Below are positions 10,749 through 24,174 of a stretch of 64,000 nucleotides of DNA, in pieces. The first letter of the stretch is position 1. Every line of letters starts with the position of its first letter. The notes under the pieces are model-generated. The model worked only from the letters and a program-made list of their open reading frames with translations. It made no database searches and was not told the DNA's origin. Location: the NCBI GenBank assembly GCA_002189035.1, contig NEEC01000015.1, positions 1,922,001 through 1,986,000 of the forward strand, written 5' to 3'. The DNA is from Utricularia gibba. Lineage: Eukaryota > Plantae > Magnoliophyta. Made by a program: the position numbers and the translations under genes.

Positions 10749-13641
10749 TCAACGACCTCCGGACAACTGAATGGCGTCCTGGTTACAAATGGAGTCCTCT
10801 GGCCACTCCATTCTTCTCTGCAACCGCTCAAACTCCAGCTTCCTTGTGATCTCCTTCTGCTCCCAGGCTTCCCATTTCTGAGCCAGGCCTTCACCCTCCA
10901 GCATCTGCACAACTTCCGACATTGCCGGCCGATCCTCCGGTGAGGACTGCGTGCATAACAGGGATATCTGAACCATCACCTCCACTTCTTGCATCTCGAA
11001 GTTGCTACCTAAGTTCATGTCCACTATGTTCTCCAGTTTCCTCTGACTTTGAAGCTTTTTCACCTTCAAGATCATGTAGGAAGAATTTCAACACACCAAT
11101 TTCTCATTGTGCTGGGCAAGATGTCACATAAGAATCTGGACAGGAGGTTTAAAGGTGGTCGATAGCTCACAAGATCAAGGAGTAAGACATCATCTTCTTC
11201 TTCTTCCATGCGTGAGAAATCTATGGCTCGTTGGCCAGTTACTAGCTCCAACAGCATTATCCCATAACCAAAAACATCGGTCTTCTCAGATGATTTTCCT
11301 GTAGACAAGTATTCAGGAGCTATATGGCCCAGAGTTCCACGAACTACAGTCGTTACGTTAGTTTTCCTCACATCGACAAGCTTGGCCAACCCAAAATCGC
11401 CGACGACGGCCTCAAACTTGTCGTTAAGCAGCACATTTGCGGCTTTGACATCACGATGAATGATCTTGGGATTGCAGTGTTCGTGAAGGTACTCCAAACC
11501 ACGAGCTGTTCCCAGAGCTGCTTTCTTCCTGGTTGACCAATCCAACGCAGGCTGCCCTGGTTTCAGATCTGGCAGAAAGTGCAAGACAGGGGAAATATGT
11601 GATCAGGGAGGGGGCTGATGTGAGAGCAATAGGAACTAGTACCTCGTAGACGAGAGGCAACGCTCAAATTATGCATGAAGGGGTAAACCAAGAGGCGTTC
11701 TGTAGGTGTGGTGCAAAAGCCGATAAGCCGTAGAAGATTCCGGTGAACTGCAACGCTTATCATCTCCACCTCACGTTGGAATGCGGCATCACTCGCAGGA
11801 CTCTTGAAATCGGTCAAGCGTTTCACGGCAATCATTGTGTTATCAGCAAGAACTCCTTTATAGACTTTTCCAAATCCTCCCTGCCCAAGAACGTTTTCTT
11901 CACTAAAGTTGTCTGTAGCGAGCTGTAGTTCTATCCAAGAGAATCTCTTCAGCTGGCCAAATCCAAAGCTCTGGGCTTCACCTGAACATCAGAAACGCAA
12001 ACGAAATAGAAGATTTAAATCAACGTACAAGTTGGCATGAAGAAAGGGAATGAAGTGCTGTAAGAGCAAGTCAAACAACAACCTGCAACATCAACAAAAA
12101 CATCAAGTTTACATCGCCTGCTATGAGGGAGCCGCAGAAACAAATAGAGAATGCACCCAAGAAGCAAAATGAGAAAGAATGATGCCACAACAGTTCCAGT
12201 TGCAATGCCCGCCCAAGATTTTCGATGTTCTGTATAGATAACACGAATCAGCATTTTCTACTCTCATATCAACCTAAGAAACATTGAAATTATGTAATTA
12301 GTAACTACCTAGCTTTTCAGATGCACAAAGATGAGGAGAGCGGATGCCACAGTTCAAGTGGTTTCCTGTAAAACTGATGTGTGGAACTTAAAGGGACTAC
12401 AGTACATATACATGTAGCACGAAACTGTGAAGAATGTTAAATCTGAGCTCATACTTGTGTTTTGGAACCTTAAATAACTTATCTGGTATATTCCCAGTAA
12501 GACGATTCGAGGCAAGCTGACTGCACAGAAAGAAAGAAACAATGATGAATGAAGTGGATAGTTCAATAAACATGAGCAGGTGATGGTTGATATGCATCCA
12601 ACCATCAAGAAACTGCCATTTTATGGGGTGACTGAGAGATACAGTATAGAGTCAGCTTACACTTCTGTCAAGTTCAAAAGATTTGAAAGTGAGTCGGGAA
12701 TCTCCCCAGAAAGATGGTTGTGGCTCAAGATGCTGCTTAGACGAAAAAGAATCTCAGTCGAGAAGAAAATGGAGACATGCTAACAGAGCAACTACTTACA
12801 CGATGCTTACAGAAACGTTAGCTTCTCGAGATTGCCCAATGAAGATGGAATCTCTCCAGATAATTGATTATTCTCAAGATTTAGCATTGTCAAGCTAGTT
12901 ATATTCCCAAATGTATCAGGTATCTGGCCGTGGATGCTGTTCCCTTGCAGGTCTCTGAATTATAAACTAATTATCAAGAACTCACGCAAGGGAGTATCAA
13001 TCCATGAATTTCTACAGATGTCCAAGGATAAGGGAAACTGCGGGCACGTGAGTGTTTGTACATACAATGCAGTTAGCTTCTTCAAAATCCCAATTCCTGG
13101 TGACAGGACACCATTAAATCCCATGTTGGGCAATATCCTTGACAATCAAAACCAACCACTAATTGAGTTCATCGAGTATTAATGCCTGATAATGTAGCAA
13201 AAACGCTTGGAACAGCATGAAATCACTCTCAGGGGGAACTGGAAATACAAAAGTTAAAAGGCATACACTGATGTTACATTGTTAGTATCGTCACATGCAA
13301 CCTTAGACCAAGTGCAAGGACTGATTTGATAAGGATTCCAATCATGAAGCTGATTTTCAGATGCATTCAACGCACGTCTCAGCGCATACAAAGCTTCTCC
13401 TGTTACAGTAATTAATATTAGCATATGCCTAGATCCATCCGTCAGTTAGCTAAGCATTTTCACAAACAGCTGCCAGCAATCAACACCAGAGAAGATGATA
13501 AAGCAAAAATGGAACCTTGCTCATCGGCAGCCACAAGAACAGAAAAATATACCAACGCTAAGATTCCAAGCAGCACCCCCTGCTGGGAGATAACCCCTCG
13601 AGTTTTGCCGCCGAGATCTCGATTCCGGAGAAACAAAGCAT
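10749..13641 (-). CDS. LRR receptor-like kinase, subfamily II (SERK/NIK-related); start inferred across a -1 frameshift at 13576-13580
   Basis: [12 protein letters not shown]...[13 protein letters not shown]-terminal exon, LRR exons ([18 protein letters not shown]), TM segment, [35 protein letters not shown] and C-terminal [10 protein letters not shown]. Confidence 0.9.
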
Positions 13642-14422
13642 TCCTGGAACTAAAACTCCGTTAGTCGAAACAGACCTTTCCCAGTATTCGCAAGAAGAAA
13701 TGGACATCATAGTGGCCGAGAAACAACGCAGTCCCCAAACCGCGAATCCCTCAGTCGCAACCGACGTATCTTCTTCCAAAAAACATGGTTTTCCCTTACT
13801 GGACACATCATATTTCCAACCATGCTCCATTTTCTTGATTCTTCTAGCATTTATTGCCACTTCCCCGGAGTCGAGAAATTTCATGATGTTCAGCGTAGAA
13901 CGGGAACTCTTGTTCCGTTTCTCTTCACCCCACATACACAACCCCACCAAAATCTTGTTCTGCCACGGATTCTGAACCCAGAAAAGCTCATTGTTAGAGG
14001 TGTAAAAATGGAAGATCACTTCAGAAAAGAAGCCAAATTCTCCCTATTCAATTCCATGATAATGGAACCCGAATCCGACGCATGGTAAGTACATTCCTTC
14101 AGCATTCACACCCATAGACACAAAAGTGAGGTATCGGGCACCACCCCCACCGGAGATGGGGGCATTTTGGGACATTTTCTTATTCTAAAGCAACCTATAA
14201 GAAACCGACAAGCATTCAGGGAATTTGTGATTGATAGAGACATCTCACCAATCCTTAGCTGATGTATTTTCTGGTGCGAGAAAAAAGCTGACGATGTGTT
14301 TTTGTGCCGTCAGCCAGGCGATTGTTCTTTTCCAATTCCGTAGCCAACTCATTGGAAATGGGAATCATAACCTGAAATTGCAGTCTGACGGGCGGCCGCC
14401 ACGAGTAATGTGCTAGTAGAAT

Positions 14423-15568
<1,146 letters not shown>

Positions 15569-15739
15569 GTTTGGTCTGTAATAATGGAGACAATGCACAC
15601 CAAAAAAACACGTAGAATATCAACGTATGTCGTTTGAAAGAAGCAGTGTAATTTATGCATGGGATGGTGAATCCGCAGTCAAGAAAATGTTGGCTTTACA
15701 CCTGTGATTTAAGGGTATTGCCAAGAAGCAGCAACTACG

Positions 15740-16039
15740 ACCTGGAGGCGGCCAATGAGAGTGCGGTACTCTGCGGGATCGGCCTGGGCCTTGGCAACTC
15801 TCTTCTTTTTCTCCGCTACTCTGGCTAGCTCTTTCTTTGCAATGCCAATGGGGTCACCGGCCTTCGGATCCACCGGCTGCAACAAGTTCTACCGCATTCG
15901 ATCAATAAACTGCACGAAGGTGTATAAAAAATCAGCAAACTTCAATCGCCGTTGAGAGGAAATCTAGGAAGAAGGACTGAACTCGTACAGTTTCCGGTCA
16001 TCGTCAATCTCCACACTTCGTCGGATTAGAAATCTCGAA
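15740..16039 (-). pseudogene. RPS6: Internally deleted 40S ribosomal protein S6 remnant
   Basis: Minus strand 16039-15989 reads FEISNPT / VEIDDDRKL followed by a GT donor, matching RPS6 exon 2 ([22 protein letters not shown]). 15870-15740 reads RRPVTPLALQRK / ARVAEKKKRVAKAQADPAEYRTLIGRL, matching the RPS6 C-terminal helix. The middle of the gene is missing. Confidence 0.72.
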
Positions 16040-16131
16040 GTTTAAGAAGAAAAGCAATTGAACGTGTTCAACGCAGAGCTCTAGGGCACAAAACAATTCT
16101 AGAAGAAGCCAAAAACCATTAACCATGAAAA

Positions 16132-16185
16132 TGGGCCTTCATTGCGAAAGGAGATTCTAATATGGGCCTAGAGCGGTAGAGCCCA
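16132..16185. promoter_or_regulatory. Cluster of three site II (TCP-binding) elements in the divergent RPS6/14-3-3 pseudogene promoter
   Basis: TGGGCC at 16132 and 16163, AGCCCA at 16180; site II clusters are typical of ribosomal-protein promoters. Confidence 0.55.
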
Positions 16186-16244
16186 TTCACAGCACGCTCA
16201 TAATGCGGCACGTGAAAAATGAAAACCGAAAACCAGAGTGCCTT

Positions 16245-17100
16245 CTTTACGTCGCCGACGAGAATGCCATCGGCGTGAGATGCGCTTCCTGGAGAATTAT
16301 TTCGTCGATCGAGCAGGGGAGGAGAGTCTTGGCAACGAACGCCATGTTTCCCTCTTCAAAGACTACAGATATAAGGTAGAATAAGGGTTATCCTCCATTT
16401 GCGATGGCATTTTGAAACTTGTTGATTCGAAACTCATTTGCCCGGCGTCCAGTGGCGATTCTAAGGTCTTTTACCCAGTGATGAAAGGCGATTATCATCG
16501 ATATCTTGTGGAGTTTAGAATTTAGGGCAACGCGTAAGGAAGCAGCCGAAAACACACTCTCTGCTTATAAGTCTGCCCAGGTCATGATCCTACCTTTAAA
16601 TATTGGTTCCATCCTTGTCCACTATGCTCGGACTTTGATCTCATCTATCAACAAAGAAGATTGTTTTGGAGGCCATACCATTTAGATCGTGGTGAAGTTG
16701 TTAGAAATACAGGAACTTTTCAGTGAAGCCTAATCAAGTCTTGGCTTGCGTTGATGTATCGCCCTTTTATGAATGAATACTGGTTCATTTCATCATTGTT
16801 GAGTACCTCGTTTGTCCGGGGTGTGCAGCACATCGCCAATGCTGAACCAACTCCGGCCCGGCTTCCCACTCAACTTCTCTGTATTTCATCCACTACGAGG
16901 TTTTCAAAGCAGGTAAGCTCTAAACTGATGTATAGTCAGACGGATTCATTGATCTGGGAGGTTCATTTGACAGCCCTGTTTGCTATGCTACCCTTTCTAG
17001 GCCTTCGATGAAGGGATTGCGGAGGTAGATACCATCGGCGAAGAATCATACAAAGACACCACTCTCATCATTCACCTCCTCAGCAACAACCTCTCTAAGC
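16245..17100 (+). pseudogene. 14-3-3 (GRF, non-epsilon group) pseudogene
   Basis: [67 protein letters not shown]|GT donor, HIANAE and [23 protein letters not shown]. In-frame TAA at 16382, several frameshifts, N-terminal helix absent. Confidence 0.88.
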
Positions 17101-17507
17101 CGGTCTGGATTCTACTACGTCTTTTCTACTTTGACTGGATGTTTGGCGGCTATTTTCGTTCTATTCTTAATATATTCTGCATTGGGAGGGAAAAAAGATG
17201 GAATTTTTTTAAAGGGAGGAAGAAGCTTTATCCCAATGGGCAAGTTGACAACTCGCCGGCCTTATCTAGTTTGTGGCTAATTACCATTGGGCCCCCAGAG
17301 GACGCCCTGGCGATCTGGACATCCCTGTCCCACATTGTCCCGTTCTTTAATACTTTATAAAAACTGCAGCATCAAGACAACTACAATGCCTTCGTTGGAT
17401 TTTTCTTCTTTTTTCCACGCGCGAAAGTGCAGGATGATACATACAAAAACATTCATTGTCATCAATATCTGGTTACTTGATATTGATGTTGATTCCGGGA
17501 AGCGAAG

Positions 17508-18629
17508 CTACTGCCTTTCAAAGGTCATTGGGGTGTTCCCAAATGGATCCCAGTCGTTATCTGTGGAATTATGCCAGTGAAGTGTAGGCGCTTGATCCAC
17601 GGAAAACAAACAACTGCAGGAGTCTTCTTCTTCTCCTAACAAACTGTGCTCCACATCCCCATCTCCATCAGCCAACTTGAAGCAACTAGGAGTAGGAAGA
17701 AAACAGGAAACCGCAGTGTTGTTGTCATCGTTGTTCATGACTCCACTAGAATCACTGTCGTAAGATCCACCTGAGAACTGAACAGGAACTGTAACCAGTT
17801 TCATCTTCTCCGCTATAGCTTCTTTTTTCCTCTCTTGAATCTAAAGCATATTAACAAAAGGTGAAAGACTGGGAACAGCTTTTTGGTTTGAAGTTTTTGT
17901 TAGCAAGACAAAAAGGGTCGTACTTTTGTTTTAGTCTGGATTTCACCGTCTTCATTCAGCTTAGACTTGAGTTCTTCGATCTGAAACAACAACCCAGATC
18001 AACAAGTTGAAAAAGAAGCAAACTTGGGAGTTTTTTTAAACCTCTGTGAGAAAAGCTTGGTTTTCAAGCTGGAGTTTCTCCATATCGTGTTTAAGGGAAT
18101 TGCAGTTGGATTTTAGGACAACGTAGTCTCTCTCAAGTTGCTTGGTTTTCCACCGGGCACGGCGGTTTTGAAACCAAACTGCAACCTGCCGGGGTTGCAG
18201 ACTGACTTCAAGGGCTAACTTCATCTTCCTCTCAGGACCCAGCTTGTTGTCAACTTCGAAATTTCTCTCCAGTTCTTTGACTTGATTAATGGTCAACCTC
18301 CTTTTCTTCTCAAAAACTGGGTTTAATTCTTCATCTAACATGGTCCCAAACTCCCTGATCAAAATGGGTCCATTTCCTTGATTATTCTCACCTACAGAGG
18401 TTACAGAGGAAGATGAAGAGATCAGACTTGCTGAAAATGGTATCTGTAAAAGGAAGAATCTTGTTTTGAACGATTTCCAGATACATTTACATTTTGAAAT
18501 ACTCAGCAGGAAAAGCAGTAGAGAGTAAGTACCTGTAGAGGTGGAAGAGATGGGCATCAATGTACTGAAGGAATCAACACCGTAGAGTTTCTTCATCCTT
18601 GTTGGCTTAGCTGAAACCACTGTCTTCAT
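17508..18629 (-). CDS. ATHB6: HD-Zip class I transcription factor (ATHB5/6/16-like)
   Basis: [29 protein letters not shown]...[25 protein letters not shown] homeodomain plus leucine zipper; C-terminal [11 protein letters not shown] motif. The last-exon acceptor is ambiguous. Confidence 0.88.
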
Positions 18630-19852
18630 CCGTGTCTGCGAGAAATGAAAAGGGGTGTGAGTGTGATTGGTTTGTCTTCCTATGAGCCAATCCTTTTGCA
18701 GATATACAATCCCGAGAGGCACAATTCTCTATGCGTTTGAAAGCATTGTGCAGTCTTTTCTCTTTAGTGTGATTCAGTCTTCTCCTTCCTTTCTCCTCTG
18801 CTACTCCAATCTCCACCGCCCACCTAAGCAAAAGTTAAATGCTTTTACAACTCAAACCAACAAGCCGAAGCTAAAGAAAATAAGCCCAAGAAACACATGG
18901 GACTCACCAAGAAGCAGAAGTAATAAGATTTCGCAGTTTCGACCTCTATATTCACACGGTTGGTTAGAAAATGTTTTTTCTACCTATCAATTTGAAGTTG
19001 AGGAGGGCCCGGAGAGAAAAGGTTGAGTTGATGCGAGAAAATCAGTGAACTGCCGCACTGACCACATGGCTTTTCAAAAGCGCAGCATCTTTGAAATGAA
19101 CCCAACCACGGTCTCTTAACGTCCTTGGAATCTAACTAGGGTCAGTTCCGTGTCAGCAAATGAAAGGAACCCGAGATTTTAACAAAATGGAACTTCTTCA
19201 TCCCCATCACACACCCATTGATGTGTTGAGATCCATCTTGCTGTGCTCCAGAAGAATCTGCCCGTATCTTAGTGCGCGCCATTCACAGAATGAGACATAA
19301 GTCTTATCTGAAAACAAATTTCCAGCTCAGAGATTCGCCTCATAAAGTTCAAATAGATAACAGGTATCCCAACCAGGAAAAGAGTTGATTCGTGCCTTGA
19401 TATTCAAGAAAAACGGCAGAGATGATGAAAAAAAATACATGCAAATGCAAAAATTAAACACGTGGAAATCAGCTATTACTGATGAAGATTGATTTTTGGT
19501 TTAGGCAATTCTTCGAAAACATAGAGTGCTAAAACTGGAAACACGCCGTCCAACACAGAATATAGTAGTTACATACATATTCACATCCACTGTTTGCAAA
19601 AGCTTTCAACCAGCAATCATGCACCAAATGGACGCCATCTCCCTCCTTCAATCCTAAAAGCAAACAAAGCCGCATCCAAAAGATAATAAAACCATGGACA
19701 CAGCCTCGATATCATATCAACATTTCAGGTTTGAAGTCAAGAAGAGCATGGTGACTGATTTACTCAAAAAGGTAAAATAAAAGTACTTCCTTTCTGAAAA
19801 ACATTTCAGGTTTGGAGTGCACAGTACTCAGCTCATTGAAAAGCAATGGCAC

Positions 19853-20345
19853 CAGTGTTTTAAAATGGGTTGAACCCATTAAACCCTTTAACTATGGGTT
19901 GAATCGGATTCATTAATTTTGAATTATATTTATCAAAATATTAGAATATAATTATAAAATCATAATTTAGTATATCAAAATATTGAAAATATAAAAAATA
20001 AAAATATATCTATCAATAATTGATGCAATTACATTAAAAGTTTTATCAAAATCATATTTATCATTTCATATCTCATTCAAATAATGTATAATTTAAATAT
20101 AAATAATTATTTTCTACTATCAATATAAATACATATATAAAAATATAATTATTAAGATTTATTTTGAAATATATATCAAATATGTATAACATATTTTATA
20201 TTTATTCATAATCATTATCATAAAATAAGTAATAAAAAAATAAAAAAATAAAAGTAATGAATACAATTGGATCCAATCCATCAAAACATGAGTTCGGATC
20301 GAACCGGGTTCAACCATGGGTCGAACCCAGGTTTTTAAAACACTG
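19853..20345. mobile_element. Non-autonomous hAT-type MITE, 493 bp
   Basis: 13-bp TIRs (CAGTGTTTTAAAA at 19853; TTTTAAAACACTG ending 20345), perfect 8-bp TSD AATGGCAC (19845-19852 and 20346-20353), subterminal GGGTTGAACC/GGTTCAACC motifs and an AT-rich core. Confidence 0.9.
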
Positions 20346-20748
20346 AATGGCACTGCTATCACCCCAGGCACTGCAATAAAATTTGCAAATAGTACTTGAA
20401 GCTTCAAGGGCAGGCCGTACAAAATATATGGGCCTAGGTCCATGAAGCCAGATCGGCCCAATAGCTATTCCACACCTTCTAGGGATGTGCTCCTCTGTGA
20501 AATCATCTCGTGCACCTCCGCCACCCTTCTCCAATCATTCACATTTTCCTGAATTTGTTTATTTATCTCCTAATTTCGGAGAATGTGATTAGTTTAATCA
20601 AAGAATTTGGGACTGAATTTAATCTAATTATAGAGATGATTTAAATGGCAACCGCTAAATTTAATATTTATTAAATAATTGTTTTTTATATATTCCCTAC
20701 GGAGATGCTCTGAGTAAGCTGCTGGGTGTCATTCCGCTCTTCGAAGGG

Positions 20749-21417
20749 ATGGAGTTCGAGGATCAAGATGCCGGCCACGATGAACTCCCGATGAGCACAA
20801 ACTCAGGTGGGGGCAGCTCCACGGCGGCGAAGGCGGAAAACTACGTGCCTCCACCTGAGACGAAGTCCAATTACATGGAGTGTCTGAAAAACCACGCCGC
20901 CTCAATCGGCGGTCACGCCTTCGATGGCTGCGGCGAGTTCATCGCTGCGGGGGGAGACGGAACTCTGCAATCCTTGAAATGCGCCGCCTGCAACTGCCAC
21001 CGCAATTTCCACCGGAAGGAAAACGAGCCAGGCCCGTCACCCCTCTACCTACAACAACGGCAGCAAATGCTACTCGCAGCCAGTCATCATAACCACGGCC
21101 ATTACGGGTACCGTGGGCAGAGTGGGTATTTCCACGTACCGCCGCCGCTTCTGGCGCTTCCGTCGAGCTCCAGGGAAGACGCGGACGAGCGTCACTCAAA
21201 CCCAAGTGGGAAAAAAAGGTTCAGAACAAAGTTTTCACAGGAGCAGAAGGAGAGAATGCTGAGCTTCTCGGAGAGCTTGGGGTGGAAAATTCAGAAACAG
21301 GATGAAGAATCTGTGCAGCAATTGTGCAATGAACTGGGAATCAAGAGGCATGTTTTGAAAGTGTGGATGCATAACAATAAGCGCACCCTCAGTGGCGGTG
21401 GCGGTAAGAAAACGTAG
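20749..21417 (+). CDS. Zinc-finger homeodomain (ZF-HD) protein, ZHD1/2-like (intronless)
   Basis: [23 protein letters not shown]...CAACNCHRNFHRKE; KKRFRTKFSQEQKERM...[10 protein letters not shown]. Confidence 0.92.
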   Translation: MEFEDQDAGHDELPMSTNSGGGSSTAAKAENYVPPPETKSNYMECLKNHAASIGGHAFDGCGEFIAAGGDGTLQSLKCAACNCHRNFHRKENEPGPSPLYLQQRQQMLLAASHHNHGHYGYRGQSGYFHVPPPLLALPSSSREDADERHSNPSGKKRFRTKFSQEQKERMLSFSESLGWKIQKQDEESVQQLCNELGIKRHVLKVWMHNNKRTLSGGGGKKT

Positions 21418-22547
21418 CTCAAAACTATAAAACCCTATTTCTCAAAGATTCGATCTTTTCGCCAATTCTTCCGTATTACCCGGCTACAAGTCTTCCGCCA
21501 CTTCTCCTCCGACATGCTTTCGTCATTTCCCGACGTGAGGTTATGCCGACGATGTTGTATTTACCACAATCGCTTTACTTTTGTTCTCACCGGTTTGTCT
21601 TCACTACGATTACGCAACATGTCTGATCCTAGAAGACCGTGCGCATTGGGAAGGAAAATCAGGATTCCGGGCTCATGTGCTTATCTATCGCTGAGGACTG
21701 AGGAGTCATCTTCTGAAACCGCGTATGCTTCCTCCATTGATATTCACAATCAGAAGTTAGTAATTAGATTGTAACTTATCTGTTTGATGCTGTGAGGAAA
21801 GCACACTCTTCATGGGGTGATTATTTTTAGTATTTCTTTTTTTACTTTTAGAAATAATACTTATCTTGTTTTTTAAAAAAATTAGTCGTTAATATTCATT
21901 TAAAAAATGATAAAAATTCGAGTAGTGGAGCTTTGAAAATTGGGAATATTTAATCAGATACCATATTTAAGAAATAAGACCTTGTTTGGTTATTATTCAA
22001 AAAATATTTTTCGAGAAATTTTTTTAATAAAATGAAAATCATACATCCGTATCTTATTGAAAATAAAAAATATTTTTAAATGTTTTATTTTTAAAGACAT
22101 AAATTGGTTATTTTTTATAATAAAACTATTTTTAATACTTTTCTAAAAATATCATATTAACAAATTGAATTGATAAAAAAATTATTTAATTTGATTCATT
22201 TTTTCGAGACTCAATTCTAAGAAAATAAAATTATTGAATTTTTTAATTTTTAAAAAATAAGAATCACTTCTAAATTTATAATTCTTGTTTTAAATAGAAA
22301 TTAAAAAAAACTGGAAAATCTTTTTTCACATAAATTAATAAACATTTATAAATCGAATATATTTTGGGAGTCGGCTGACTGCGCATTAAGAAGGCATCAC
22401 AAAAATATAGAATTGTGGATTTTGCCCTTTTCCGATCTCCCCTGTCTCCAGGCTTCTCCGACCGGAACGGAGAATCTGCTCATGGGGTTACCAGAAAAAC
22501 CCGACCCGATTCTGGACTCATTAGGGATACCAAAACTGCGAGACTTG

Positions 22548-24174
22548 TCAATTATGGTCTTCTGCATTTATGGGTTTCTCCAATTTCCTTCTTTTACAAT
22601 CAGGTGCCGTGTGGGATGAGCTCGCGCATGACCCTGCCTCGCTTTTATTGCTGCGTATCGCCTCCCCAGCCGCCGCAGAGACAGAGGCAGAAGTTACGGT
22701 AGAGGTAGAACTAGTGGTGGTGGCGCTGGGACAAGGCCTGGGTACTCTTGAGCTTCGCATCAGTTGTAGGCATTTCATCACTCTGTTCTGCAACATCCCC
22801 GTGACACACACAAAAGCAACAGATAATGTAAAAAGAAAGATTCTGTTTTTCGATGGCAGCATTAGGTATTTATGATGTGGGGTGCCATTGCAATTTACTA
22901 CCTTCTCTACTTGTATGAAGCAAGACAGCTCCTTAGCAGAAGCGTCCGCGGTTTGCATTTCGCTTGAAATGTGAATGGCGACAGCAGCTGCTATCTCAGA
23001 TGGCCTGAATTCCAAAAAATCAATCCCTGCATTCAATTCACACCGAGCTCTGAATCGAACGTACTCTTTTTCACAGAATGGTGTATTGAATTTTGGGTAG
23101 CAAGGTCCCAGGATCACACCTTTGATGATGGTGGAGACTAGCTGGGTTGATCTGGCAATCCTTGTGTTCTGGTGCAAGAGTTCTTCCTTCTGGTTCATCT
23201 TACACAGAAAAAACTCGACGAAGTTTAATGGGGTGTGAGGCTTAATGTTCCATTTCAAGTGGTTGAGCAGTAGCATCTCCATTCTGTAAACTGCCTTCGC
23301 CTCAAACAAGAACCTGGGTTCTTCTTGCTGCCCACACTGTGAAGAAAAGCATGAATTCAGATTCGAAAAACTGAGATAACGAAAGGGAAACACCAATCAT
23401 ATCCAGAGCTTCACCTGTAAGTCAACAGCATTAGGAACATCAACCTCGTCCACTTTGGCAGCAAGTAGTAAGGAGGCAACTGCTACCAATTGAGATGCCC
23501 ATGGTTTACCTTTCTGTGAGGCAAAGCTATGAGAAGAGATAGCAAATGGCGAGCATCAAGAACTTATTTCTGACTTACTGGTAGATCATACTCCGACAGG
23601 AATCTATCAAAGTAATTCACAGCAGAACACAAGCAAATCTCCCCGAAGCCATGGCGAACACAAGCCTGATAATCACAAGAGATAGTAAAAGGGATGGCGA
23701 AGAATGAAGGAATCTTTCACATTTGCTTTTGTTCTTCAGGCATGAAAACTGACTAATGGGGGAAATTTCAACATCAGAATCAAGATTTGGGAAAAGGGTA
23801 TTCCTTGTTTCCAAACATAGAACCGAAATGAATGTAAGATTCCTCACCTTGAGAATCCAATCTATCGCCTCTTCTCTCAAGCTGGAGTCAAGTTCTCCGC
23901 TTCTCAATCGCTGGAGATAATCATATCTGGGCAGGTATTCCTTCTCCCGCTCAACTATCCACCCAAACCACTCATCGCTCTGCAGTGGCAACTCGATCGG
24001 AGGCACTGATTCCTTTCCGCCATTCACAAAGCTTGCGCCTTTTTTTCCACTCCACACACGCGATCGAAAATCCTGAGCCTCCCCGAGAAACCCATCACCA
24101 AGACTCAAGCTTTCGGCCTCTTCATCGCAGAGAAGGTCCGCCACAACGCAATCGACGCTGTCTCTCTCACCCAT
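22548..24174 (-). CDS. D-type cyclin (CYCD2/CYCD4 group), 6 exons
   Basis: LLCDE (LxCxE Rb-binding motif), REEAIDWILK|ACVRHGFGEICLCSAVNYFDRFLS, KGKPWASQLVAVASL, GIDFLEFRPSEIAAAVA and C-terminal KRRKL. Confidence 0.9.

Noticed and set aside
13558-14088. Several 88-153 aa ORFs upstream of the LRR kinase
   Set aside because: They lie in the 5' leader/promoter and resemble no known protein; only the last codons of one frame are used as the inferred start.
15755-15955. Plus-strand 66-aa ORF resembling a secreted peptide
   Set aside because: It is the antisense shadow of the RPS6 remnant; Lys codons read as Phe/Leu on this strand.
17327-17362. GTCCCACATTG plus TATA resembling a snRNA USE promoter
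   Set aside because: USE-TATA spacing is about 16 nt, shorter than in plant snRNA promoters, and no snRNA-like sequence follows.
17820-17845. Apparent +1 frameshift at the start of the last HD-Zip exon
   Set aside because: An alternative AAG acceptor a few nt downstream restores the frame, so no lesion is needed.
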